Assembly (NCBI GenBank): GCA_046757705.1
Contig: JBHHYT010000001.1
Location: forward strand, 237-64,236
Direction of reading: 5' to 3'
DNA from: Thermodesulfobacteriota bacterium
Lineage (GTDB): Bacteria; Desulfobacterota; GWC2-55-46
Length of the DNA: 64,000 nt
The position numbers and the translations under genes are program-made. This document shows positions 54,235 through 62,327 of this stretch, one piece after another. The notes beneath the pieces were generated by a model. It was not told the DNA's origin. It made no database searches and saw only the letters and a list, made by a program, of their open reading frames with translations. Positions within the stretch are counted from its first letter, which is position 1; each line of letters begins with the position of its first letter.

Positions 54235-55485
54235 CTACCTGTTGAGGTCCACGCCCTCGACTATCACGTCAACGGAGTCCTTCGTGGCGCCCGTTACCCT
54301 GAAGTACGGCCCGAGCCTCGATACCCCGTCGGCTATCTTCTGGGCGCTTACCGTGGCCTCGAGTTCGAGCACGGCCGTGTCGCCGGTGTAGGAGCGCAGG
54401 AATATCGCCTCTATGCCCCTTATCCTGCCCTTGAGCCTTTTCTTGAAGTCCTTCAGCTCCTTGTAGTTGTCGACGCCGGAAAGGCGCAGGGTTACGGTCC
54501 GGGGGCCCGCCCACCTCTTCGTTATCTGCTCCACGAGCCTGCCGCCGAGCTCCGCCGAGGCCTTTGATATGGCCTCTGAGCCGCCGGTTATCGAGGAGAT
54601 GTTCCTCGCGGCGCCGTGGCCGGTGCTCGTGCCGAGCACCACCCCGTCGTCGACCCTCACGGCCGTTGCCGTCACATCTGCCAGATAGGTGCCGACGGTG
54701 CTTCCCGGCGTGCGGGGGCCCTCTGTGGCCACGGCCTTGCCGTAGACGACGATATCCGCGTTGAGCCCCTTTCCGACGGAGCGTGCCCCGTCCCTGCCAA
54801 GGTCGGCGACCTTCACGGCGTCGGAGAGGTCGAAGGTGCCTGTGCTGCCGGAGATGTCCACGACGTTGAAGCCCTTATCCACGAAGAGCTCCTTCAACGA
54901 TGACTCGGCGGCGGACAGGTCGACCGACTCGCCCCTGTACTCGCTCCTTCCCCACCACCAGAAGACGTAGTACCTGTGGCCGATGTTCTTCTCGGCCATC
55001 ATGAACAGTACCCTCGGGTTCTCGGCCTTTCTCCTGAGGATGCCCAGCGCGCCCAGCTCGTCGCGCAGGCCTCCGACTGCTACCTCGGCGCGCACGCTTA
55101 CCCGGTAGACGCCTGAGGACTGCCCCTCGGCGGTAACGGAATAGCTCTTGATGTAGCCGTGGGTCTGCGTATAGACGTTGTCGCTCAATGCCTGATAGTT
55201 CTCTACCATGGTCTCGGAGGAGACCAGCGTACCCACGCCCTGCTCGACGGCCTTTCTGAGCGCGTCGGCTATGGCGGAGTCCCGTGCCGCGGCCTCACCC
55301 CCGCCGGCAACAACGGCCACCCCCGTGGATTCCACGACCTTTATCCCGGGAGCGGCCCGGGCACGGGCTGGCACGGCCATGAGGAGGCATGCAAACAGGA
55401 AGATGGCAACTGCCATGAAGCGGCAGCTCCCGGACGGACCGAGGGGTGCGGTTGTATTTTCCATGGATAAAGACCTCCTGATCAA
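54235..55485 (-). CDS. Secreted three-domain protein with N-terminal LPP20-like domain (FlgT/FlgP-like architecture)
   Basis: 416 aa (likely start at internal ATG 55416, MAVAIFLFACLLMAVPARA signal). IKVVESTGVAVVAGGGEAAARDSAIADALRKAVEQGVGTLVSSETMVENY...VYRVSVRAEV is LPP20-like. Confidence 0.4.
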   Translation of the reverse strand: MIRRSLSMENTTAPLGPSGSCRFMAVAIFLFACLLMAVPARARAAPGIKVVESTGVAVVAGGGEAAARDSAIADALRKAVEQGVGTLVSSETMVENYQALSDNVYTQTHGYIKSYSVTAEGQSSGVYRVSVRAEVAVGGLRDELGALGILRRKAENPRVLFMMAEKNIGHRYYVFWWWGRSEYRGESVDLSAAESSLKELFVDKGFNVVDISGSTGTFDLSDAVKVADLGRDGARSVGKGLNADIVVYGKAVATEGPRTPGSTVGTYLADVTATAVRVDDGVVLGTSTGHGAARNISSITGGSEAISKASAELGGRLVEQITKRWAGPRTVTLRLSGVDNYKELKDFKKRLKGRIRGIEAIFLRSYTGDTAVLELEATVSAQKIADGVSRLGPYFRVTGATKDSVDVIVEGVDLNR

Positions 55486-55746
55486 GCGCCTGTGGCCTGG
55501 GGTGGGGTTTCATGAGGAAAGAGGGAAGCGGCTTACCGTCTTCGGGTGTTGAAAAGCTCCTTTTTGGACTTTTTCAGCCGCGACCTGCCCTGGGTGAAGT
55601 CGTGCAAGTCTTGCAAATTGCCGGGCTTTTCAGTCTGCTGCCCGGCAATCCATCCTAAGGATCCGTTGAAAGGTTGTTCTTGGCCCAACCTGCTACATAT
55701 ATAGCATATCCGGGACCGCAAGTCCATAATGGAGGCTCACCGGCCA

Positions 55747-56229
55747 TCAGTTCTGCACCTGTGGGCTGGCAGCGGAGGCCGTAGTGCCCGTCTCGAACCT
55801 CAATATGCCCGACTGGTCGGCGTAGAACCAGCGGGCGGAGGTGGAGCCGTCTACCGGGGCTGCGGTCACCTGCCAGACGGGCTTGCCCCCGGAGGTGCCT
55901 GAGGAAAGGCTGAAGGTATACTCGTGCTCGATGCGCGTCGACGCACCTGTGGAGGGCGTTATCAGCCCCGTCGTTTCGAGCTCGTCGAAGTCGCCGGTGT
56001 ACGACGCCGTCGGGCTCCCCAGGTAATAGAGCTCCTCGGCCTTTACGAGCTTGGAGAGGTATGAGATCACAGCGGTCTCCCGCGCCTTCTGTATGAACTT
56101 GCTGTAGACGGGCAGGGCTATGACGGCGAGTATGGCGACTATGGCCATGGTGAACAGGAGCTCGAGGACGGTAAAACCGCCTGTACCGCCACCGCTTCCG
56201 GCCGGCCCGCCCGCCGCATGCGCGCTCAT
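55747..56229 (-). CDS. Type IV pilin-like / pseudopilin protein (prepilin N-methylation domain)
   Basis: G|FTVLELLFTMAIVAILAVIALPVY class III signal. Gly-rich leader. S/T-rich mature domain. Start set at ATG 56229; track ORF extends to 56283. Confidence 0.6.
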   Translation of the reverse strand: MSAHAAGGPAGSGGGTGGFTVLELLFTMAIVAILAVIALPVYSKFIQKARETAVISYLSKLVKAEELYYLGSPTASYTGDFDELETTGLITPSTGASTRIEHEYTFSLSSGTSGGKPVWQVTAAPVDGSTSARWFYADQSGILRFETGTTASAASPQVQN

Positions 56230-56269
56230 ACCGTTTGTCCGCACCATAGGCTTTTTCCCGAAGGCCCCT

Positions 56270-56836
56270 CTAACCATCGGCACAGCGGGCGTTAAGCTCG
56301 CTTATGAGGCCCTGCGTAAGGTGTTTAACGTCCTCGGGGTACTCGGCGCCCTCGGCCTCGAGCATCGCCGATATCATCTCGAGACGGGTCTTGACGTCGT
56401 TGCAGAAGGCGGCGTCGCGGTTCCGTCTCAGCTCAAGCTCCTGCGCAAGCGCGTTAAGAAGCCCCTCCATCTCCTTGAACTCGTCCCTCTTCCTTATGCG
56501 GATGCGGTGCGCGTAGTTCCCGGACGTAAGCTCCTCGATCATCCTCTCGAACCTGTACATCGGCCCCACGACACGGTGGGAGGAGAATATGGCGTGCACC
56601 GCGGCAAGCACCGCGACCAGGAAAAAGCCTATCCAGACCCTCTTGTGCAGGAAGAGCACCATCGAGGATATGCGCGCCTGCTCATCGATGCTCGCGGCGG
56701 AGTTGAGCGCGCTGTAGAGCGGATAGAAGATGATAAAACCGAGTATGGCAGAGTAGATGACAATGTAGATAAAGAAGGTCAAGGCGAGCTTGAGCTGGTA
56801 CTCGGGCTTTACGATAATCTTTTTACGGGCAGCCAT
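56270..56836 (-). CDS. Membrane protein with two TM helices and a HAMP domain (no output domain)
   Basis: Start set at ATG 56836 (MAARKK) with GGAGAA Shine-Dalgarno. TM1, TM2, then HAMP-like GPMYRFERMIEELTSGNYAHRIRIRKRDEFKEMEGLLNAL. Confidence 0.45.
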   Translation of the reverse strand: MAARKKIIVKPEYQLKLALTFFIYIVIYSAILGFIIFYPLYSALNSAASIDEQARISSMVLFLHKRVWIGFFLVAVLAAVHAIFSSHRVVGPMYRFERMIEELTSGNYAHRIRIRKRDEFKEMEGLLNALAQELELRRNRDAAFCNDVKTRLEMISAMLEAEGAEYPEDVKHLTQGLISELNARCADG

Positions 56837-57004
56837 CGTGTGCTTCTCCAAAATAAACTCTGAACAATTCGTCCCGGAACCATTCAGACCCTTCCCGAAT
56901 AAAGGAACCCTGTATCTGAATCACAACCCAACTCTCCCCCGTGGGAGAGGGCAAGGGGCAAGCGGTTGCCGAAAACACCCCCTGAGGAGCGCAATGGCGC
57001 GGCA

Positions 57005-58189
57005 TCAAGGGGTCTCGTTGAACTCCTCTTTTATCCGGTCGAGCTTGCCCGGGTCCGCAAAGAGGTCGATGGCGGTAAGGCCGAGGCACTTTACCCCCTC
57101 CATAAGCGCCCTGTGGCCGTCCGGGGTGACGGTGGCATCGGCGAAGCCGTGGGTATGTATGTTTATGCCCGGCCTCATCGGCACGTGCGGGTGTATGGCC
57201 GGCACCACGCGCGACACGTTGCCGATGTCGGAGGAGCCTACGTTCCTGTCCGCCGGCTGCACCGCCTCCTCGAGCCCGAGCATGTTCAGCGCCCCCCTGT
57301 ACACATCGCTGAACGAGTGGTTCAGCTTCATGGGGGCGTTCATCTCGCCCGCCTCCTCGGCCTCGAGCGAACAGCCGGTGGCCAGCGCCGCGCCCTCGGC
57401 GCATTTTATGACCTTCTGCTTTACGGCCTGCAGCTCCCCGAGCTCGTTGGACCTGACGTAGAAGCAGGCCGCAGCCCTGTCCGGGATGATGTTCGGGGCC
57501 CTGCCGCCGTCGGTTATTATGCCGTGTACCCTCACGCCCGTGGACAGCTGCTGCCTGAGGGCGTTTATGGAATTGAATGTCTGGATGACCGCGTCGAGGG
57601 CGTTTACGCCCTCTTCCGGGTACGCCGAGGCGTGGCTTGCGTGCCCGTGGAAGGTGAAGCTGATTTTCGCAAGCCCGATGAAGTTCTTTAAGACGGTCCT
57701 CCTCGATGAGGCGTGCACCATCATGGCCGCGTCCACCCCCTCGAAGAGCCCCTTTTTTATCATCTCCAGCTTGCCCTTGCCGAGCTCTTCGGCCGGTGTG
57801 CCGAGCACAAGGAGCGTACCCTGTCCGCCCGCAAGGGCGTCCTTCATGACGGCGGCGATGGCGGCGCCCGCGCCTATGGAGGCGGTACCCCCGATGTTGT
57901 GGCCGCAGCCGTGGCCTACGCCGGGCAGCGCGTCCATCTCCGCAAGGAGGGCGATTACAGGGGCGCCTGAGCCGATCACGGCCCTGAAGGCGGTCGGCAT
58001 CCCGGCCACCCCCTCCTCCACGGCAAAGCCCGCCTGCGCGAGGAAGGCGCGCATGGCCGCGCTCGTCCTGTGCTCCTCGAGGCCGAGTTCCGGGTTGCGG
58101 TAGAAGCTGTCGCTCATAGCGGTCAACCTCTCGTTGAGCCCGTCGGCGGCCTCTACGAGCCGTTCTTTCAGTACCGCTGTCTTATCCAT
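57005..58189 (-). CDS. M20D-family amidohydrolase (aminoacylase/hippurate hydrolase-like)
   Basis: About 394 aa from ATG 58189. RNPELGLEEHRT, ALLAEMDALPGVGHGCGHN, dimerisation domain. Typical M20D layout. Confidence 0.75.
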   Translation of the reverse strand: MDKTAVLKERLVEAADGLNERLTAMSDSFYRNPELGLEEHRTSAAMRAFLAQAGFAVEEGVAGMPTAFRAVIGSGAPVIALLAEMDALPGVGHGCGHNIGGTASIGAGAAIAAVMKDALAGGQGTLLVLGTPAEELGKGKLEMIKKGLFEGVDAAMMVHASSRRTVLKNFIGLAKISFTFHGHASHASAYPEEGVNALDAVIQTFNSINALRQQLSTGVRVHGIITDGGRAPNIIPDRAAACFYVRSNELGELQAVKQKVIKCAEGAALATGCSLEAEEAGEMNAPMKLNHSFSDVYRGALNMLGLEEAVQPADRNVGSSDIGNVSRVVPAIHPHVPMRPGINIHTHGFADATVTPDGHRALMEGVKCLGLTAIDLFADPGKLDRIKEEFNETP

Positions 58190-58275
58190 AAGGTCTTTAT
58201 CGGCCCTTTCGGCGACACCTTGAAGCCGGCGCCCGCAGCGCCGGATTACCAAGCGCTGCGGCCGCCCGGCGGGCA

Positions 58276-59994
58276 TTAAGCCCCCTTTATGAAACCGAGC
58301 TTCTCGAGCTTGAGGAGCACCATCTGGGAGGCCTCGTCCGGCGTGCACTCGGTTGTGTCGATGACTATCTCCGGGTTCTCCGGGGCCTCGTACGGGTCGC
58401 TTATGCCGGTGAACTCCTTTATTATGCCGGCACGCGCCTTGGCGTACAGGCCCTTGCGGTCCCTCTGCTCGCAGACCTCGAGGGGTGTTGAGACGTGGAC
58501 CTCGATGAAGCCGCCGGACCCGGAGATCTCATCGCGCACGTGGCGGCGGGTCTTTGCGTAGGGGGCGATGGGGGCGCAGATGGCGGCCCCGCCGTTCTTC
58601 GTTATCTCGCCGGCCACGAAGCCTATGCGCTGGATGTTCAGGTCCCTGTGCTCGCGCGAAAAGCCGAGCTCGCTCGATAGGTTCTTGCGCACGAGGTCCC
58701 CGTCGAGGAGCGTTACCGGGCGCCCGCCCATCTCCATGAGCTTTACCATCAGGGCGTTGGCTATGGTCGACTTCCCTGAACCGGAAAGACCGGTGAAAAA
58801 CACGGTGAAGCCCTGCTTGTGGCGGGGCGGGTATGTCCTCCTCAGCTCCGAGACGACCTCGGGGTACGAGAACCACTCGGGTATGTCGAGGCCCTCGGCG
58901 AGCCTGCGGCGGAACTCGGTCCCCGAGATGTTAAGGACGGTTGCGCCCTCCTCGACCTCGTCGACCGGCTCGTACTCGGCCTTCTCCTTGACGTAGACCA
59001 TCATCTGGAACGGAACCATCTCTATGCCGAGGTCCTTCTCATGCTCCTTGAAAAGCTCCTGCGCGTCGTAGGGGCCGTAGAAGGGCTCGCCCTTGCTGTC
59101 TACCCCGGGGTCGGCGTGGTTCCTGCCGATGATGAAGTGCGTGCACCCGTAGTTCTTCCTTATAAGGGCGTGCCAGAGCGCCTCGCGGGGCCCGCCCATG
59201 CGCATGGCGAGCGGCAGAAGGCTGAGCATCGTCGTCTGCTCCGGGTAGTGCTTTATAAGGTGCTCGTAGCAGCGTATACGGGAGTAGTGGTCGATATCCC
59301 CGGGCTTGGTCATGCCGACGACCGGCTGGATCAGGAGGTTCGCCTCGACCTGTTTGGCGGCCCTGTACGTAAGCTCCTGATGGGCGCGGTGCATGGGGTT
59401 GCGGGTCTGGAAGGCCACTATCTTCCTCCAGCCGGACTTATCGAAGGTCTCGCGAAGCGCCTTCGGGGTGTTCCTGTGGTGCTTGAAGTCGTAGTGCCCC
59501 GGCATCTCCACGCCGTCGAGGCTGCCGCCGACGTAGACCGGGTGCGCCTTGTTCATGAGGTAATTGACGCCGGGGTGGAAGTCGTCTGTCGTCTTGAAGA
59601 CGTTGGTGGCCTCCGAGGCCTTGTCGGGCGTCCAGACGTCGGAGACGGTAAGCACGGCGATGAGCACGCCCTCCGGGTCCCTGAGGGCCACCTTCTGCCC
59701 GCTCTCGAGCTTTACCGCGAACTCCTCGGTCACGTCCAGCGTTATGGGCATCGTCCACAAAAGGCCGTTGCCGAGGCGCATCTCCTTTACCACGCCGTCG
59801 TAGTCGGCCTTCCCGAGAAAACCTTCAAGGGGCGAGAAAGCCCCGCTAAGGAGCATCTCGATATCCCACAGCTGACGCTCCGTAAGGTCCCACGATACGA
59901 AGTCCCGCGCCTGGGCCTTGAGCGCCTCCGCCTCTGCTGCGGGCAGCATCCTGTCCTTTAATACACCGCCATGCGGTTCGATGAGTGTTGACAC
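58276..59994 (-). CDS. sat: Bifunctional sulfate adenylyltransferase (Sat-type ATP sulfurylase) / APS kinase
   Basis: 572 aa. N-terminal ATP sulfurylase (QTRN.MHRAH..L, GRNHADPG). C-terminal APS kinase with P-loop FTGLSGSGKST. Confidence 0.85.
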   Translation of the reverse strand: MSTLIEPHGGVLKDRMLPAAEAEALKAQARDFVSWDLTERQLWDIEMLLSGAFSPLEGFLGKADYDGVVKEMRLGNGLLWTMPITLDVTEEFAVKLESGQKVALRDPEGVLIAVLTVSDVWTPDKASEATNVFKTTDDFHPGVNYLMNKAHPVYVGGSLDGVEMPGHYDFKHHRNTPKALRETFDKSGWRKIVAFQTRNPMHRAHQELTYRAAKQVEANLLIQPVVGMTKPGDIDHYSRIRCYEHLIKHYPEQTTMLSLLPLAMRMGGPREALWHALIRKNYGCTHFIIGRNHADPGVDSKGEPFYGPYDAQELFKEHEKDLGIEMVPFQMMVYVKEKAEYEPVDEVEEGATVLNISGTEFRRRLAEGLDIPEWFSYPEVVSELRRTYPPRHKQGFTVFFTGLSGSGKSTIANALMVKLMEMGGRPVTLLDGDLVRKNLSSELGFSREHRDLNIQRIGFVAGEITKNGGAAICAPIAPYAKTRRHVRDEISGSGGFIEVHVSTPLEVCEQRDRKGLYAKARAGIIKEFTGISDPYEAPENPEIVIDTTECTPDEASQMVLLKLEKLGFIKGA

Positions 59995-60045
59995 CTTTCA
60001 CTTCCTCCTTCTCGTTGATTAATTTTTTAAAAATCTCTGAGCCAA

Positions 60046-60849
60046 TCAGACCTTCCCTATGTACTTCCGCCATGGGAAGGGCGGAGAGCCCGTCACCATG
60101 AAAAACGGGTTCAGCAAGTCCTCCCGATTGTAGCGCAGCGCCTTGCCGTCGAGGTCGGTCACCCGCCCTCCCGCGGCCTCCACGACGCACTGGGCCGCGG
60201 CGGTGTCCCACTCCATGGTGGGCCCGAGCCTCGGGTATATGTGCGCCGTGCCGTCGGCAACGAGACAGAACTTGAGGGAGCTGCCCATGCACACCACCTC
60301 GTAGGCGCCGACCTCGCTTAAAAAGGCGTCGAGCGCCTCTCCCCTGTGCGAGCGGCTCGCGACCACCTTGAGCGGGCCTTCCCCCGAATAGCCGGATACG
60401 CTTATGCGGGAGGTCGCACCGTCGCTTACCCTGAACGCCCCCGATCCCTTCACGCCGTAGTACGTCACACCGAGCGCCGGGGCGTAGACCACGCCGAGCA
60501 CCGGCCAGGCGTCCTCGACGAGGGCGATGTTGACGGTGAACTCGCCGTTACGCTTTATGAACTCCTTGGTGCCGTCCAGGGGGTCGACTATCCAGAGCCT
60601 CTTCCACGCCTTGCGTACCTGGAAAGGCTCGGCCTTCGACTCCTCCGAGAGCACCGGCACATCGGGCGTAAGGGCGGCGAGCGCGCCTGTTATTATATCA
60701 TTGGCGGCCTTGTCGGCAAGCGTAAGCGGAGAGCCCTCCTCCTTGTAGGTGGTGCCGAAGTCCGCAGACCCGTAGACCTCGAGTATCGCATCTCCGGCCC
60801 TGTGCGCTACCGCTACGACCTCTTTTAAAAGCTCATCCATGCTCAACAA
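60046..60849 (-). CDS. cysQ: 3'(2'),5'-bisphosphate nucleotidase
   Basis: 267 aa. Inositol monophosphatase-family motifs WIVDPLDGTKEF and metal-binding EES...D. Confidence 0.8.
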   Translation of the reverse strand: MLSMDELLKEVVAVAHRAGDAILEVYGSADFGTTYKEEGSPLTLADKAANDIITGALAALTPDVPVLSEESKAEPFQVRKAWKRLWIVDPLDGTKEFIKRNGEFTVNIALVEDAWPVLGVVYAPALGVTYYGVKGSGAFRVSDGATSRISVSGYSGEGPLKVVASRSHRGEALDAFLSEVGAYEVVCMGSSLKFCLVADGTAHIYPRLGPTMEWDTAAAQCVVEAAGGRVTDLDGKALRYNREDLLNPFFMVTGSPPFPWRKYIGKV

Positions 60850-60919
60850 CCCTCAGGTACCCCCCCGTTCAACAGACGCGCCCGTATAAAGAGAGGCGGG
60901 GCCCGACGTCGGTCTAAAA

Positions 60920-61615
60920 CTACTTATGAAGCCCGCACTCGGTCTTCTCGAACCCCGTCCACCTGCCGGAGCGGGGGTCTTCGCCGGGCCCTACCTTTCG
61001 GGTGCACTTCTCGCAGCCGATGGAAGGATAGCCCTTGTCGAGCAATTCGTTATACGGGACGTCATTGGCGCAGATGTAGTCCCAGACCTCTTTTTTCGTC
61101 CAGCCCGCAAGCGGGTTCACCTTTATAAGGCCGTACTTCCTGTCGATGGAGACTATGGGGGCGTTGGCCCTCGTGGGTGCCTGCTCCCGCCTTATGCCGG
61201 TTATCCAGACCTTGAGCCCGGAGAGTGCCTCCTTGAGGGGAGCGACCTTCCTTATATTGCAGCACATGTCCGGGTCGGTCTTCCACAGCTCGGGGCCGTG
61301 CTCCCGCTCCATCTGATCGAGGGAGACGGGAGAGGAGTAGACCTCTATCTTTATGCCGTACCTCTGCTCGGCCTTCTCCTTGAGCGCGCAGGTCTCCTTG
61401 AAGAGAAGGCCGGTGTCTATGACGAATATGCGCGCGTCCTTCTTTATCTTTACGAGCATGTCGAGCAGGACCAGCTCTCCGAGCGAGCAGGCGAGCGCGA
61501 ACTGCTCGCGGTCGAAGTTGTCCACAACCCACCGGAGCGCCTCCTGCGGGGGCCTGCCCTCGAGGCCGTCGCTTACCCTTTTCAGTTCTTCCTCAGACCA
61601 TTGCTTCTTTGACAT
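60920..61615 (-). CDS. cysH: Phosphoadenosine phosphosulfate / APS reductase (CysH family) with C-terminal Cys pair
   Basis: Start at ATG 61615 (MSKKQW). PP-loop-like SLGELVLLDM. KTECGLH signature. C-terminal SIGCEKCT. Confidence 0.8.
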   Translation of the reverse strand: MSKKQWSEEELKRVSDGLEGRPPQEALRWVVDNFDREQFALACSLGELVLLDMLVKIKKDARIFVIDTGLLFKETCALKEKAEQRYGIKIEVYSSPVSLDQMEREHGPELWKTDPDMCCNIRKVAPLKEALSGLKVWITGIRREQAPTRANAPIVSIDRKYGLIKVNPLAGWTKKEVWDYICANDVPYNELLDKGYPSIGCEKCTRKVGPGEDPRSGRWTGFEKTECGLHK

Positions 61616-61792
61616 AGGTACACCCTGCATTATATTCGTATCGTTTATAGACCGTTCCACCCTGCCCCGTACACCGCCCCCGGTACACTCCGCCCGGGGC
61701 ACCCGTCCCCGCAAATCGCCCCCGCAAATCGCCCCCGTAGCACCCGCCCCAAACCGCCCCCGGGGCCGCCTCCCGTCATCGATGCGCAGGAG

Positions 61793-61835
61793 GCCTTTAA
61801 AACCCCCTCTCCCCTTCGGGGAGAGGGGGGGGATG
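61793..61835 (-). terminator. Rho-independent terminator after usp (REP-like palindrome)
   Basis: CCCCCTCTCCCC-TTCG-GGGGAGAGGGGG (12-bp stem, UUCG loop) followed on the minus strand by UUUUAAAGG. 20-60 nt past the usp stop. Confidence 0.55.
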
Positions 61836-61853
61836 AGGGGTAGATGTCCCGCA

Positions 61854-62327
61854 TCAGTCCTCGGTGAAGAGTACCACCTCGCAGGCCGCCTGCTCCTTCA
61901 CCTCTTCCGCGAGAGAGCGGGAGAAGTATTTGAAAAAAGACCTCTTCTTCCTTCTGACGAGCACGGCCACCGGGGCCCCGGTGCTTTCTATGAGGCCGAG
62001 GACCCTGGAGACGAAGTCCCCCTGCTCCATGAGCGGCTCGAAGTCGACCCCCTCCTCCATCGCCTTTATCTGCACCTTGCCGAGCTCTTCGTAGCCCCTC
62101 TGCCGGTACTCCTTCATTATAGACTCCGAGAGCTCGGTGGAGGGCTTCTCGCCTATGAAGCCGATGTCCGAGAAGGTGTCGAAGACCTCGCTGGCGAGCC
62201 CGGTCTCGAGCAGGTAGAGGGCGATAAGCCCCATCCCCTCCTCTTTCGACCTTGCCACCGCGTAGTCCACCGCCTCTTCGGATGTCTCGGACGTCGAGAG
62301 CACGAGCAGGAGTTTAGGCTTGCTCAT
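61854..62327 (-). CDS. Universal stress protein (UspA family)
   Basis: About 157 aa from ATG 62327 (MSKPKLLLVLS). Usp fold pattern with C-terminal ...VLVRRK...CEVVLF. ATGA-type overlap with the upstream transporter stop. Confidence 0.7.
   Translation of the reverse strand: MSKPKLLLVLSTSETSEEAVDYAVARSKEEGMGLIALYLLETGLASEVFDTFSDIGFIGEKPSTELSESIMKEYRQRGYEELGKVQIKAMEEGVDFEPLMEQGDFVSRVLGLIESTGAPVAVLVRRKKRSFFKYFSRSLAEEVKEQAACEVVLFTED

Noticed and set aside
56875-56930. GGAACC...TCTGAA elements read as an ECF sigma-E-type (GGAACTT-N16-TCTGA) promoter
   Set aside because: In the orientation that would match an ECF -35/-10 the elements point away from any gene (plus strand, into the antisense of the amidohydrolase). 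On the coding minus strand the spacing does not fit. Kept only as an unexplained shared motif.
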